The notes beneath the pieces are model-generated. The model had not been told where the DNA came from and ran no database searches. It was given only the letters and a program-made list of their open reading frames with translations. This document shows positions 1-10,900 of a DNA stretch of 64,000 nt, piece by piece. Numbering within the stretch: the stretch's first letter is position 1; every line of letters begins with the position of its first letter. Made by a program: the position numbers and the translations under genes. The DNA comes from Dehalococcoidia bacterium (GTDB taxonomy: Bacteria > Chloroflexota > Dehalococcoidia > UBA2979): assembly GCA_965262725.1 (NCBI GenBank), contig OZ253555.1, forward strand, positions 3,040,001-3,104,000, read 5' to 3'.

Positions 1-2490
1 CTGATCGCACTCGCGGACATCTACTCCGCCTTCCGGTGCACGCTGGCCGATCGCGGGTGGCGCGATCCCGGCGAGGCGCCCTCGCTGGCCGCGGAGGCGA
101 TCGAGGGCAATCCCGGGCTACCGGGCCTCGTACTCGTCGACTCGTTCGAGTTCCTCAACCCGCGCGAACAGTCGCTCGTCGCCGCCCTGGCGGACCGCAC
201 CCACGTGCTGGTCGCCATCGATCGCGAGGCGAGCGAGCGGGCGCGCTGGACGGCATCGCGCCTCGAAGCGCTTGTCGCCGGCGCCACAGCCGAGGAGCTG
301 ACGCCGCGCGACGGCTCCCCCGGCACCAGCGCCCATCGCGCGTTCGACGCCGAGGCGCAGTTGCGCGGGATCGCGCGGGCGATCAAGAAGCGGCTGGGCG
401 AGGAGGACGCGCTGCGGCCCTCGGACATGGCCGTGGCCTTCCGCCAGGCGTCGCAGCACCTTGCGCTCGCCCGCCGCGTCTTCGCGGAGTACGAGCTGCC
501 GTTCGACCCCGCCGCCGGCGAGCGGCTCGCCTCGCGCCCGTTCGGGACCTGGGTGCTGGCGCTGCTGCGGCTGCCCGCGCACGACTGGCGACTGACGCGA
601 TTGGCCGAGCTGCTGCGCTCCGCCTTCCTCGATCGCCGCCGCTGGCGCGTCGAGGCGGACACCGTCGACCACCTTCTGCGCATCGGGCGAAGGAATCACC
701 TGATGTCGGGCCTCGAGCGGTTGCGGGCACTCCCGCGGGCGCTCGAAGGCGAGGCCACGCAGGCCGAGGGCAACGGCCGCGAGCCGTACGCGACGCGCCT
801 GCGAGCCGCCGGCGACGGTCTCGCGCGAGCCGTCGCGGACCTCCGCGACCTGCTCGGCGGCGGGGACCGCTCGGCGGGGGACTGGGCGACGGCGCTCGAG
901 GCCGCCCTGCTGGTCCCGGGCGGCCTCGTCCGCGCCGCCGTCGAGGGCTACGAGAGCCTCGATGTCGAGACGGCGGCGCTGCGCGCCGACCTCGACACGA
1001 TGCGCGCGATCGACGAGCGGCTCGGGGGGAAGCCGCTCACGCTTGAGGCATTTGCCGCGGAGTTGGAGCGGCGCATGCAGCGGCCCGCGGTGCTGCTGCG
1101 CGAGGCCGGCGGCGTGCTGTTCGCGCCGATGCACACGTTGCACGGACTGCGCTTCGCGCACGTCTTCATCGGCGGCCTCGTGGAAGGCGAGTTCCCCGCT
1201 CCGCGCCGGGCCGCCCGCCTGCTCGGTCGCGAGGGGCGCGAGCGCCTGGGCGAGGCGGGCCTCGCGCTGCCGCCGGAGCCGCGTTCGACGGAGGATGAAC
1301 TGTGGGGCTCCGCCTCGACGCGCGCCGACGCGCGGACCTCGTTCTGGCGGCCGCGCTTCGATGATTCCGGGCGCCCCCTGCCCGCCTCGTGGTACTTCGA
1401 CGAGCGGGAGGCAACCGACGAGCCGGGGAGCGTTGAGCCGCACGACGCCGCCTCACGCCGGGAGCTGGCGGTCACGCTCAGCTCGCGCTGGGGGGAGGGC
1501 GAGCGCCGCCGACCGGCCGCGTTCGCGGCCTGGCCGCTGGTGGTGCGGACGGCGGCGCCGATCGAGCAGCGGCGGCGCTCCTTCGAGGGCGCCGGCCGCC
1601 ACGAGGGTGCCCTGCCGCGCGGCGCGCCGGAACGGCTGATCGGGCCGGAGGTGCGCTGGAGCGCGACCCGCGTCGAGACGTACCGGACCTGCGCATTCCA
1701 GTTCTTCGGCCGCTACGGGCTGGAGCTCTCCGAGGTCGAGGACGAGCTCTCGGAGGCCGATGCGGCGATTCGCGGGACCGTCATCCACAAGATCATGGAG
1801 GCGGCCCTGAGTCCGCTGGCCAGGGACGGCCGCCCGCTCGTCCCCGCGACGGAGGACGAGGCGGTACGGCGCATGCGCGAGCTCGGCCGGGAGATCTGGC
1901 TGCGCGCACCGGACGAGCACCACTTCGGGCGCGCCGCGCTCTGGCGCCTTGGCTGGGAGGACACCGCCGCCGGCGCCGAGCGGCTGATCCGCCGCGAGGC
2001 GAGACACAACGAGGCACTCGGCACGACGAGGATCGCCGGTATCGAGGAGTCGATCCGGATCGCATTGCCCGGCATCGACCCGGAACTGCGACTGCACGGC
2101 AACATCGACCGAGTCGACGTCGGACCGGGCTTCGCGCAGATCGTCGACTACAAGAGCGGGCGGGCGATCAGCCGCAGTTCCGTCGAGAGCGGCGAACGCC
2201 TGCAGCTGCAGCTCTACGCGCTCGCCGCGCGTGAGCAGCTCCAGGCGGAGCGGCTGATCGCCCGCTACGCCTACCTCAACCACCGGGCCGACGAGTGGGC
2301 GCTGGACAGTGCGAACCCGGACGATGCTGCGCTGATCGAGGAGGCGGCGCAACACGCGGAGGGGGTGCGTACCTCGGTGGCCGAAGGTGACTTCCGGGTG
2401 GACCCGCAGGTGCCGACCTGCCCCAGCTACTGCGCCTTCCGCCATATCTGTCGCGTCAACCAGTTCACGAGGCGTAAGCAGTGGACCTGA
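1..2490 (+). CDS. addB: AddB/RexB-like helicase-nuclease subunit B, 5'-partial
   Basis: Frame 1 is open from base 1 (LIALADIYSAF...VDSFEFL). The C-terminal PD-(D/E)XK nuclease (GNIDRVD...IVDYKSG...QLQLY) has four Fe-S 'staple' cysteines (YRTC...CPSYC...IC). The stop overlaps the addA start. Confidence 0.85.
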   Translation: MIALADIYSAFRCTLADRGWRDPGEAPSLAAEAIEGNPGLPGLVLVDSFEFLNPREQSLVAALADRTHVLVAIDREASERARWTASRLEALVAGATAEELTPRDGSPGTSAHRAFDAEAQLRGIARAIKKRLGEEDALRPSDMAVAFRQASQHLALARRVFAEYELPFDPAAGERLASRPFGTWVLALLRLPAHDWRLTRLAELLRSAFLDRRRWRVEADTVDHLLRIGRRNHLMSGLERLRALPRALEGEATQAEGNGREPYATRLRAAGDGLARAVADLRDLLGGGDRSAGDWATALEAALLVPGGLVRAAVEGYESLDVETAALRADLDTMRAIDERLGGKPLTLEAFAAELERRMQRPAVLLREAGGVLFAPMHTLHGLRFAHVFIGGLVEGEFPAPRRAARLLGREGRERLGEAGLALPPEPRSTEDELWGSASTRADARTSFWRPRFDDSGRPLPASWYFDEREATDEPGSVEPHDAASRRELAVTLSSRWGEGERRRPAAFAAWPLVVRTAAPIEQRRRSFEGAGRHEGALPRGAPERLIGPEVRWSATRVETYRTCAFQFFGRYGLELSEVEDELSEADAAIRGTVIHKIMEAALSPLARDGRPLVPATEDEAVRRMRELGREIWLRAPDEHHFGRAALWRLGWEDTAAGAERLIRREARHNEALGTTRIAGIEESIRIALPGIDPELRLHGNIDRVDVGPGFAQIVDYKSGRAISRSSVESGERLQLQLYALAAREQLQAERLIARYAYLNHRADEWALDSANPDDAALIEEAAQHAEGVRTSVAEGDFRVDPQVPTCPSYCAFRHICRVNQFTRRKQWT

Positions 2491-5400
2491 CCGGCGAGCA
2501 ACGAACGATCATCGAGGCGGACGCCTCGGACCTCACGGTCGCGGCCGGCGCGGGCAGCGGCAAGACCCGCGTGCTGGTCGAGCGCTACCTGCGGCTGCTG
2601 CGCGACTGCTCGATCCCGGAGATCGCGGCGATCACCTTCACCGAGGCGGCCGCCGCCGAGATGCGCGAGCGGGTGCGCAGCGCGGTGATGTTGGACCCCG
2701 CGCTGGAGCAGCATCGCGCCTTGCTCGACGAGGCGGCGATCGGGACGGTGCACTCGCTGGGCCTGCGCCTGCTGCGCGAGCACCCCGTCGAGGCGGTACT
2801 CGACCCCTCGGCTGCCGTGCTCGCCGACGACGAGGCGGAACTGCTGCGGCGCACGGCCTGCATCGAGGCGATCGATGCTGCCGCGGAGGCCGACGACGAG
2901 CGCACCACCGCGCTGCGCGGGATCGGCGTCTACCACGCCGGTGTCCGGCTCCCGCGGATGGTCGCCGAGCGGGACGCCGTCGAGTCCGCCTTCGCGGCGA
3001 TGGGCGCGGACAGCGCCGGCTGGCCCGGCCGCGTCCGCGCCACCCTCGACGGGCGCTACGGGCCCCGACAGAGATCGATCCAGGAGCAGACGCCGACGAT
3101 CGCCGCGCGGATCAGGCGCGACGCCGACGCCGTGAGCGACAGGCTTGCCGAGGTCGTGCGCGACGTCCTGGCGCCGCTCACCGAGGCCTGCGAGGCGGAC
3201 TCCTGGCAAGACTTCGCCGCCCTCCTCGGCGACGCGGCGGCGCGCATCAGACTCAACGTGGGGCGCAGGAGTCCGCCCGACTCCGACGTCAAGGACGCGC
3301 TGCGCGAGCTGCGCGAGCTTGCCGGCGAGGCCGGGAGGCTGCCCGCCTGGAACGAGCACGACGAGCCGGCTCTCGAAGCGCTCGCCGGGCTGCGCGCGCT
3401 CTTCGAGAACGCGGTGCGGCGCTACACGGCGGCGAAGGAGGCGCAGGGCGCGCTCGACTACCTCGATCTCGAGCTGGGCGCCGTCGGCCTGCTCCGCGAT
3501 CACCCGGCCGTGGCCGCCGCCGTGCGCGAGCGCTTCCGCCACCTGATGGTCGACGAGTCACAGGACATCAACCCCGTGCAGGCGGAGCTGATCGAGCTGA
3601 TTGCCGGCGGCGACGGCGACGGGCCGCGACCCGCGCTCTTCCTCGTCGGCGACGCGCGGCAGTCGATCTACCGCTTCCGCGGGGCGGACGTGCATCGCTT
3701 CACCGCGTTGCAGGGCCTCGTCGCCCGGCGAGGCGGACCGCTGTTGCCGCTCAGCCGCTCGTTCCGCAGCCACAACGCACTGGTGGCGCGCATCAACGAG
3801 CTCTTCGGCGAGGTCTTCGCCGGTACCGCGCTCTCCCTCGCGGCGCTACCACCGATGACGGGCCGCCCCGGCGAGGCGCCGGGCGACGGCCCCTACCTCA
3901 CGCTGACGCAGGTCGGGAGCAAGGCGCCGGACGGCGGGCGGCCGCGCGAGCCCGAGCGGCGACGGGTCGAGGCGGACGTGGTCGCGGAGGAGATCGAGAG
4001 GCTGCTCGCCGACGGGCGGCTGGTCTGGGACCGGGACGAGCGCGTGATGCGCCCCGCGCGGCGCGGCGACATCGCGATCCTGCTGAGGCGCTTCAGGCAC
4101 GTCCATGTCTTCCAGCAAGCCCTCGACACGCATGGCATCGCGGCCGCGACACCGAGCGGCACGGGTTTCTTCACGCGGCAGGAGGTGTTCGACTGCATCA
4201 ACCTGCTGCGCTGGCTGGCGGAGCCGCAGGACGATCTCGCGCTCAGCGGCGTGCTGCGCTCGCCCTTCTTTGCCCTCGGTGACGACACGCTGCTGGCGCT
4301 GCACGAGCGGGGCTGGCCGGTGGCGGCGCTGGCCGATCCGCCCGACGAGATCGCCGGCGAGGAGCGCGCACGCTGCGCGCATGCCCGGGAGACGCTCGCC
4401 GCACTGCGACGGACCGCTGCCTCCCTGCCGGCCGACGCGCTGCTCGAGCTGGCTCTCGACCGCACCGCCTTCGAGGCGTCGTGGGCGCCGCTCGCGGGCG
4501 GCGAGCAAGCCCGCGCGAACATCCGCAAGCTGCTGCGCATCGTGCGCACGCTGGCCGGGCACCCGCTCTCCGAGGTGGTCTCCTACCTCGAGCAGCGTCG
4601 CGACGACCTCGACCCGCGCGAGGGGCCGGCCACGCTCGACCGCCCCGATGCGGTGCAGCTGATGACGGTGCACGGCGCGAAGGGCCTCGAGTTCCCGATC
4701 GTCTTCGTGCCGGAGGCGCACCTCTCATCCTGGTCGACCTGGGACGCAGTCCGCTGGTCTCGCGAGGACGGCGTCTCCGTCACGCTGGAGCGCGACGAGG
4801 ACGACGACAAGCGGCCGCGGCCCGGCTTCTATGCGCACCTACAGCAACAGGACCAACTGGAGGACGCGGAGGAGCAGCGGCGTCTCTTCTATGTCGCGGC
4901 GACGCGTGCCGGGGACTACCTCCATATCTCGGGCGACGAAACGGGAGGCGGGGGCTGGCTGCACTCGGTGCGCGACGCGCACGCCAGTGGCGCCCTGCGC
5001 GAGATCGGGCTGCGCGAGCCGGTCCCACCCGACCTCGAGGCGATCGCCAGGCGGCGGGCGCCCTCCGCCCTGGAGCGCCCCGACACATCCGAGGAGGAGG
5101 ACTACATCTCGCCGCTGCTCGCGCGGCCACCCGCGATCCCGCTGCGCGCGAGCACGCCCGTCACGGCGCTCCGCCCTCCGGAGACCGCCCCGCGGCAGCA
5201 CGAGCACGGTGACGGCCTGGCGGCGCTGCGTGGCCTGCTCGTGCACCGCGCCCTCGAGGTCTCCGGGGGCGCACCCGGCTCCCTCGACGACGATGCGCTG
5301 GCCGATCTCGCCCGGGAGCAGAGCGAGCGCGCCCTCGACGACGCGACGGCGCGGGCGTTGGCCGGCGAGGCCCGGGAGATGCTCGACCGCTTCACGCGGT

Positions 5401-5801
5401 CGCCGGTCGCGGCCGCGCTGGCCGCACCGGACGTCGAGCGCTGGTTCGAGCTGCCCTTCGCCTGGGACTGGGACGGTGTGCCGGTCCACGGCAGCATCGA
5501 CCTCGTCTACCACGACGCGAGCGGTTGGCACGTGATCGACTTCAAGAGCGATCGACTGGACGGCACCTCGGCTAAGGAGGCGGCACGCCACTACGCCGTG
5601 CAGATCGGGCTCTACCAGCGCGCCATCGAGGCCGCCGTCGGCGCTCCGGCGAGCGCGGGCCTGCTCTTTCTGCGCAGCGGCGCACTGGCGAGGCCGGGGC
5701 ACACCGAGGTCGAGGCGGCCCTCGCCGAGGCGCGCGAGCGGGTGGACGCCGGAGTGCTGCTCGAGCCTGCCGACGCAGGGTTCCTCGAGGAGCCGGAGTA
5801 G
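2481..5801 (+). CDS. addA: AddA/UvrD-family ATP-dependent helicase-nuclease subunit A
   Basis: Motifs AGAGSGKT, DESQD, VGDARQSIYRFRGA, MTVHGAKGLEF and YVAATRA; C-terminal nuclease GSIDLV...IDFKS. Confidence 0.9.
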   Translation: MDLTGEQRTIIEADASDLTVAAGAGSGKTRVLVERYLRLLRDCSIPEIAAITFTEAAAAEMRERVRSAVMLDPALEQHRALLDEAAIGTVHSLGLRLLREHPVEAVLDPSAAVLADDEAELLRRTACIEAIDAAAEADDERTTALRGIGVYHAGVRLPRMVAERDAVESAFAAMGADSAGWPGRVRATLDGRYGPRQRSIQEQTPTIAARIRRDADAVSDRLAEVVRDVLAPLTEACEADSWQDFAALLGDAAARIRLNVGRRSPPDSDVKDALRELRELAGEAGRLPAWNEHDEPALEALAGLRALFENAVRRYTAAKEAQGALDYLDLELGAVGLLRDHPAVAAAVRERFRHLMVDESQDINPVQAELIELIAGGDGDGPRPALFLVGDARQSIYRFRGADVHRFTALQGLVARRGGPLLPLSRSFRSHNALVARINELFGEVFAGTALSLAALPPMTGRPGEAPGDGPYLTLTQVGSKAPDGGRPREPERRRVEADVVAEEIERLLADGRLVWDRDERVMRPARRGDIAILLRRFRHVHVFQQALDTHGIAAATPSGTGFFTRQEVFDCINLLRWLAEPQDDLALSGVLRSPFFALGDDTLLALHERGWPVAALADPPDEIAGEERARCAHARETLAALRRTAASLPADALLELALDRTAFEASWAPLAGGEQARANIRKLLRIVRTLAGHPLSEVVSYLEQRRDDLDPREGPATLDRPDAVQLMTVHGAKGLEFPIVFVPEAHLSSWSTWDAVRWSREDGVSVTLERDEDDDKRPRPGFYAHLQQQDQLEDAEEQRRLFYVAATRAGDYLHISGDETGGGGWLHSVRDAHASGALREIGLREPVPPDLEAIARRRAPSALERPDTSEEEDYISPLLARPPAIPLRASTPVTALRPPETAPRQHEHGDGLAALRGLLVHRALEVSGGAPGSLDDDALADLAREQSERALDDATARALAGEAREMLDRFTRSPVAAALAAPDVERWFELPFAWDWDGVPVHGSIDLVYHDASGWHVIDFKSDRLDGTSAKEAARHYAVQIGLYQRAIEAAVGAPASAGLLFLRSGALARPGHTEVEAALAEARERVDAGVLLEPADAGFLEEPE

Positions 5802-5929
5802 CCGCGGCCGCGTCAGTCCGCAGCCGAGGGCGGCCAGGACGATCAGACCCGCATGGTGAACGAAGACGACGCCACGGACGCAATCGTGATGGTGAGCGAG
5901 ACCTGCGCGACGGTGAAGCGGCTGGTGGT

Positions 5930-6472
5930 GTGATTCGGACCGTCCTGCTCATCGCGGTCGCGTCTCTCGCCGTACTGGCCCTGGCCGGGTGCGCGCGTTT
6001 GTTGCCCGACGTCGAGGACTGGATCGCCGACTCCGAGACGCTCGCACGGCGCTTCGACGCGCGCCTGGACGATCTGAGCGAGTGCGTCGAGGAGGACGAC
6101 TGCGAGGAGGCGCTTGGGACGGAGACGGGCGCCTTCGCCATGTGCTCGTGGGTCACGTCGCGCGGAACGCCTGCTCCGGAGGGGTTCGAGGCGGCGGAAT
6201 GGCAGCGGTTTGACGCCCTCTGCGAGGGTCTGGAGGGGCTGCTGGAGCTGCCGGAGGCGGACGCTCTCCGGCGCATCGAGGACCTCCAGGCTGAGACGGA
6301 CCGCATCAGCGAGGGAATCCGCGCCGACATCGAACCCCGGGAGCAGGAAGAGGCGAAACGAGACGAACGCTCGCCGAGGCCGTCGCACGGAGTGGCGTGG
6401 GTGGAGTGCCGAACAAGAGGGGCAACGAGCAGCGCTCTCCGCGGCAGGCGTCGAATCGAGCAGGCAGGGTAA
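5930..6472 (+). CDS. Hypothetical lipoprotein
   Basis: Signal peptide with LAGC lipobox followed by an acidic helical region. The 3' end looks low-complexity and is uncertain. Confidence 0.5.
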   Translation: MIRTVLLIAVASLAVLALAGCARLLPDVEDWIADSETLARRFDARLDDLSECVEEDDCEEALGTETGAFAMCSWVTSRGTPAPEGFEAAEWQRFDALCEGLEGLLELPEADALRRIEDLQAETDRISEGIRADIEPREQEEAKRDERSPRPSHGVAWVECRTRGATSSALRGRRRIEQAG

Positions 6473-7181
6473 CCCGGGGACGAGCGACGGCAGAGGAGGC
6501 ACGCGAGCGGCAGGGCAGCAAGACGGCGAGCGGTGAGGTGCGGCCGCGAGAGGGGGGACCACCCATGAAGTCGGAATGACGCGGACCGGCTCACGCGAGT
6601 TCGCATAGGTGCGACCACGAGCGACAGCTGAGACCCGAGCCTCGCTCAGATGCGAGCTGCGGCAGCGCCCTGCGCGTGCCACGGGTTCGGTGTCGGCGAC
6701 GAAGCGGCCCCGTACGGCTCCCGTGCCACGGGGCTTCCTCCATATCCGGCAGGGGACGGCGATCGGACCAGGACCGTCCTGGTCGACTGAGCCGCAACGG
6801 AACAACAGGAAGGGAGAGTCGGATGGCAGGCAGGAAGAAGAGCCGGAGCCCGGGGCCGCGGGGCCGGTGGTCCGCATGCGGAGCTGGTGCGGCCGGCGGT
6901 TCACGGCGATGCGGAGCGCGTTTGCCTCACGGCAACGGCCGTGCCGGCCGATGGTCGAGGCAGACGCGGAAGGGAGACACGGGCGCCTCCTGCGCCGGGC
7001 GATCACGCGCGTGACGCGAGGTGACCTCCGCGGACTCGACGTCAGGCCCCCGGAGCACCTGCTCGCCGTCGTGCAGCGCACGGTCGCGCTCGAGGAGCGT
7101 CCGCTGGAGTCGCTGCTGCAGGTGTCCGAGATTGGCGATCGCACGCGAGAGGGAAAGCCTAACCCGCGAAACGGCGGGCAG

Positions 7182-7733
7182 CTAGGGCGCGTCGACCATC
7201 TCCAGCAGTGTGAGGACCGTGCGCCAGTTCCGCATGGTACTCGCGGTTTGCAACTGCGCGGCAACGTATTCGTTCGTCAGCTTGCTGCGAGCGACGCCGT
7301 TAGGGTAGTGCAAGTGGACGTTGCGCCCTCGCACCGCAAATGCGTCTGGCGGCGAACGCTGCGGGTCGAGACGGGATACCGCTTCGGCGCCGGGCGTGTT
7401 CTCGAGAAATGCCACCTGGAGAAATCGCGGATCACCGGCGGTGTCGAAGGGGTTTGAGGCCACGATCTGCCGCAGTTCCTCGCGCGAACGCACGACGACC
7501 ACCGTCTCGTAGCCAAACCGCCGGCGAATGGACTCAGACACAATCTCCGGCACCCGTCTGGCCAAGTCCTGTCCTGCGTCGAATACGACGTTCCCGCTCT
7601 GAATGTAGGTTCGCACTGCCGAGCAGCCGGCTGCAGTGAAGATGTCCCTCAGATCCGCCATCGGGAGCCTATTCCTGCCGCCGACGTTCACTCCTCGAAG
7701 TAGGGCAACGTACCGCTGCCCGCCAGTCGCCAC
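7182..7733 (-). CDS. DUF1697 family protein
   Basis: YVALLRGVNVGG, VRTYIQSGNVVF and C-terminal TMRNWRT are DUF1697 signatures. Confidence 0.85.
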   Translation of the reverse strand: MATGGQRYVALLRGVNVGGRNRLPMADLRDIFTAAGCSAVRTYIQSGNVVFDAGQDLARRVPEIVSESIRRRFGYETVVVVRSREELRQIVASNPFDTAGDPRFLQVAFLENTPGAEAVSRLDPQRSPPDAFAVRGRNVHLHYPNGVARSKLTNEYVAAQLQTASTMRNWRTVLTLLEMVDAP

Positions 7734-7988
7734 AGGCGATTCACCCTGTCGGACCATGCGCCGTCCTCTCGCTCCCCGCAGCAAACTCGGTCATTGGACA
7801 AGACGCAGCCGCTGCTTCTGGGTACACCTTGGGTACATTCAGCCGAGGAGGGGAGTTGGGGGATCCGTTCGTGGCCACCGTGGCGACGCTGGAGGTCCTC
7901 GAGGACTGTTCGCGCTCCTTCGACGCACGTCGGAATCCCTACCGCCGCCGAAGCGGCGATGGCGGATCCCGATGCGGGTTCTTCGAAG

Positions 7989-10900
7989 CTAGTTGTCTTC
8001 CGGGAGCAGCACGACGCGTACGTAGCGGTCGCCTGGCAGGTAGCGCCGAGCTGCGGCAGCGACCTGCGCCAGCGTCAGCGCGTCGAGTCGTTCATCGAAG
8101 CCGTTGATCTCGGTAAACGACTCACCTCGCTGGGTCGCAGCCCGGATGTGTCTGAGCCAGAACCCATTGTCACGCAACTGTTCCTCCCGCGGGGTGCGAA
8201 GCAGTTCCTTGGCCGTGTCCAGGTATCGCTGTTCACCGCCCTCACGCAGCCAATCCAGTTCGACCGCCACCTCCGCCACCAGCTCCTCCGCGCGGGACGG
8301 GTCACTGCCGAAGATGATGGCGACCTGGTATTCGGGATCCGGCAGTAGCTGGAGGTCGGCACTCACACCGATGCTGTAGGTACCGCCCAGTTCCTCCCGC
8401 ACTCGCTCGCGCAGACGGATCCCGAGCACCTCGCCGACTACGCCAAGCGCCAGCGCTTCCCGGCGGCTCCACTCCGCATCCCCGGCGAACACCAGTATCG
8501 TGGTACTGCGTGGCTCGATGCCGCTGCGGACGACATGGTCCGCGATCCCGTCCGGTGGGTCGATCCCGACGTCCAGCCACTGCTCAGCACGCCCGGTAGT
8601 CGGCAAACTGGCCAGATACGTCTCGGTCAACGAGCGCAGGGTGTCCCAGTCAAAGGCGCCCACAAACACGAAGGTGGCGTCACCCAGGTCGGCGAACCGG
8701 TCCGCGTAGATCGCTTCCGCACGCTCCAAGCTGAGTTCCTCGAGGAGTTCGAGGGTCAGGGGTCGAACCCGGTGGTGATCCTGGCCGAGCACAGTGTTTG
8801 CCGTGTCGTAGAGGACTGCGTCCGGCTGGGCGGCCCGAGTCTCGGCGTTGCTGCGCAGCCTTGCCTCGTAGGTCGAGAAGTAGGTCGGGTCGAACCTCGG
8901 CGCCGTTGCATACAGGGTGATCAGTTGGAACAGGCTCTCCATATCCGCTGGGGAGGCGCTCCCGCTGAAGCCTTCGAACAGCTCCCGAATATACGGGGAC
9001 ACCGAGACCCGCTTGCCCGCGAGCAGCTTGTCCAGGGTGACACTGTCGTGCGGACCGGCGCCGCTGCCGTCAGCCAGCGCGGCGGCGTACACAGCGGATA
9101 CGTGATCCGTGTCGGCGACTAGCGAGTGCCCGCCCGGGCTGAAGGCGGTGAACACCACCTCGTCGCTGCGGAAGTCCGTCTGCTTGGCGATGACGGTGAT
9201 GCCGTTCGACAGTGTCCAGCGGAGAGCGTCGATGGACTCGATGCGTTCTTCCTCGACGATGCTCCCCGGAGTCGGGAGCGTTGCCATGAGCGGGACATCG
9301 TCGAACGTGTCTGTGTACGGCTCCACGACCAGCGTGTCTGCTCCATCGAACTGGGTCCGCAATGCTGCGGCCAACTCTGCATCCGAGCTGGTGTCAGCAC
9401 CCTCGGGCTGCAGTACGAGGAGCACCGTGTTCGCGGGCTCCGTCCAGTACACCGCCACGTCAGCGATGTCCGCCAGTGAGATTTGCGGTAGCAACTCCTG
9501 GTACAGCTCCCACTCGGCCTCGATGCCGAGGACCGGCGTCCCGCTGAGGAAGTGGTTCCGGTACGACCCGGCAAGCCGGCCCGACACCTGCTGGTCGCGC
9601 TGCTTGTACACGCTCTCGATCGAGCTCGACAGGTTGACCTTCTCGCGAGCCAGCTCGGTGGCGGTAAAGCCGTGCAGCCGAACGCGCTGCAACTCCTCGA
9701 GCACCGCCGCGAGTCCGCGTTCGACGCCGTCTTGCTCCACCTGCACCGTGAAGGTCGCGATGTCGATCGGATCCACGAACGACCCGCGCCCGCCTTGGGC
9801 CCCCAGGTAGGGAGGGTCGGCGACCTGGCCCCGCTCGAACAGCCGCGCGTTCAGCATCATGAAGGCAAGCCGTTCCGCCGCGCCGCGCCGGAATGCCGCC
9901 AGATCCTGGCCGGTATCGGGGGCAACCTTGCGGACCAGGGTCAGCTGGGTAACGGGCGCCTCGGGATCGCTGAACACATCGATGCGCGGAGCGTCGTGGG
10001 CGGGAACATCAAAGCGCGGCCGGTCGGCAGGATCCGCAGCGGCGGCCCGCTCCTGCGACGCCTCGCCCTCGGGAGGCGGCGCAAAGTGCTGTCGCACCTT
10101 CGCCTCGATCAGCGCCGCATCGAAGTCGCCCACGGCGACCACCGCCATGAGGTTGGGCCTGTACCAGCGCTCGTAGTACGCCTTCAACTGCTCCACGGGC
10201 GCCGTTTCGATGATCTCCGTGAGACCGATTGGACCCCGGTCGGCGTAGCGCGAGGAGCCGAAGAGCAACGGGAACAGGCTGCCTTGCCAGCGAGAGCGGA
10301 ACCCCTGCCCCCTGCGCCACTCCTCCAGCACGACCTTGCGCTCCAGCTCCACCTCCTCGGGCGAGAAGGTGATGGCGTAGGCCCAGTCGCTGAGAATCTG
10401 GAACGCCGTCTCGATGGTGTCGGGCTCGTCCGTCGGAATCTCGAGCCAGTACATGGTTGAGTCGTAGCCGGTTTGGGCGTTCAGGTCGGCACCCAGGCTG
10501 CTCCCGATGGACTCAAGGTAGTCGACGATCTCCTGCTTCGCGAAGCGTGCCGTCCCATTGAAGGCCATGTGCTCTACGAGGTGGGCGAGTCCGCGCTGTT
10601 GCTCCTCCTCAAGGACGGAGCCGGCCTTCACGACGAGCGACAATTGCGCGCGGCCGCGCGGTTCCTCGTTGTGCCGGATGTAATAGGCGAGACCGTTACC
10701 GAGCGTGCCGCGGACGACCGTCGGATCGAAGGGCAGCGGAGCATCGGTCTCGGATACCGGCGGCACGGGAGTAGCTGTGGGTTCTGGGGTCGGAGTGGAC
10801 GCCTCCACGACAGGCGTAGCGGTGGCTGTGGGTTCTGGGGTCGGAGTGGGCGCCTCCGCGACAGGCGTAGCGGTGGCTGTGGGTTCTGGAGTGGCGGTCG

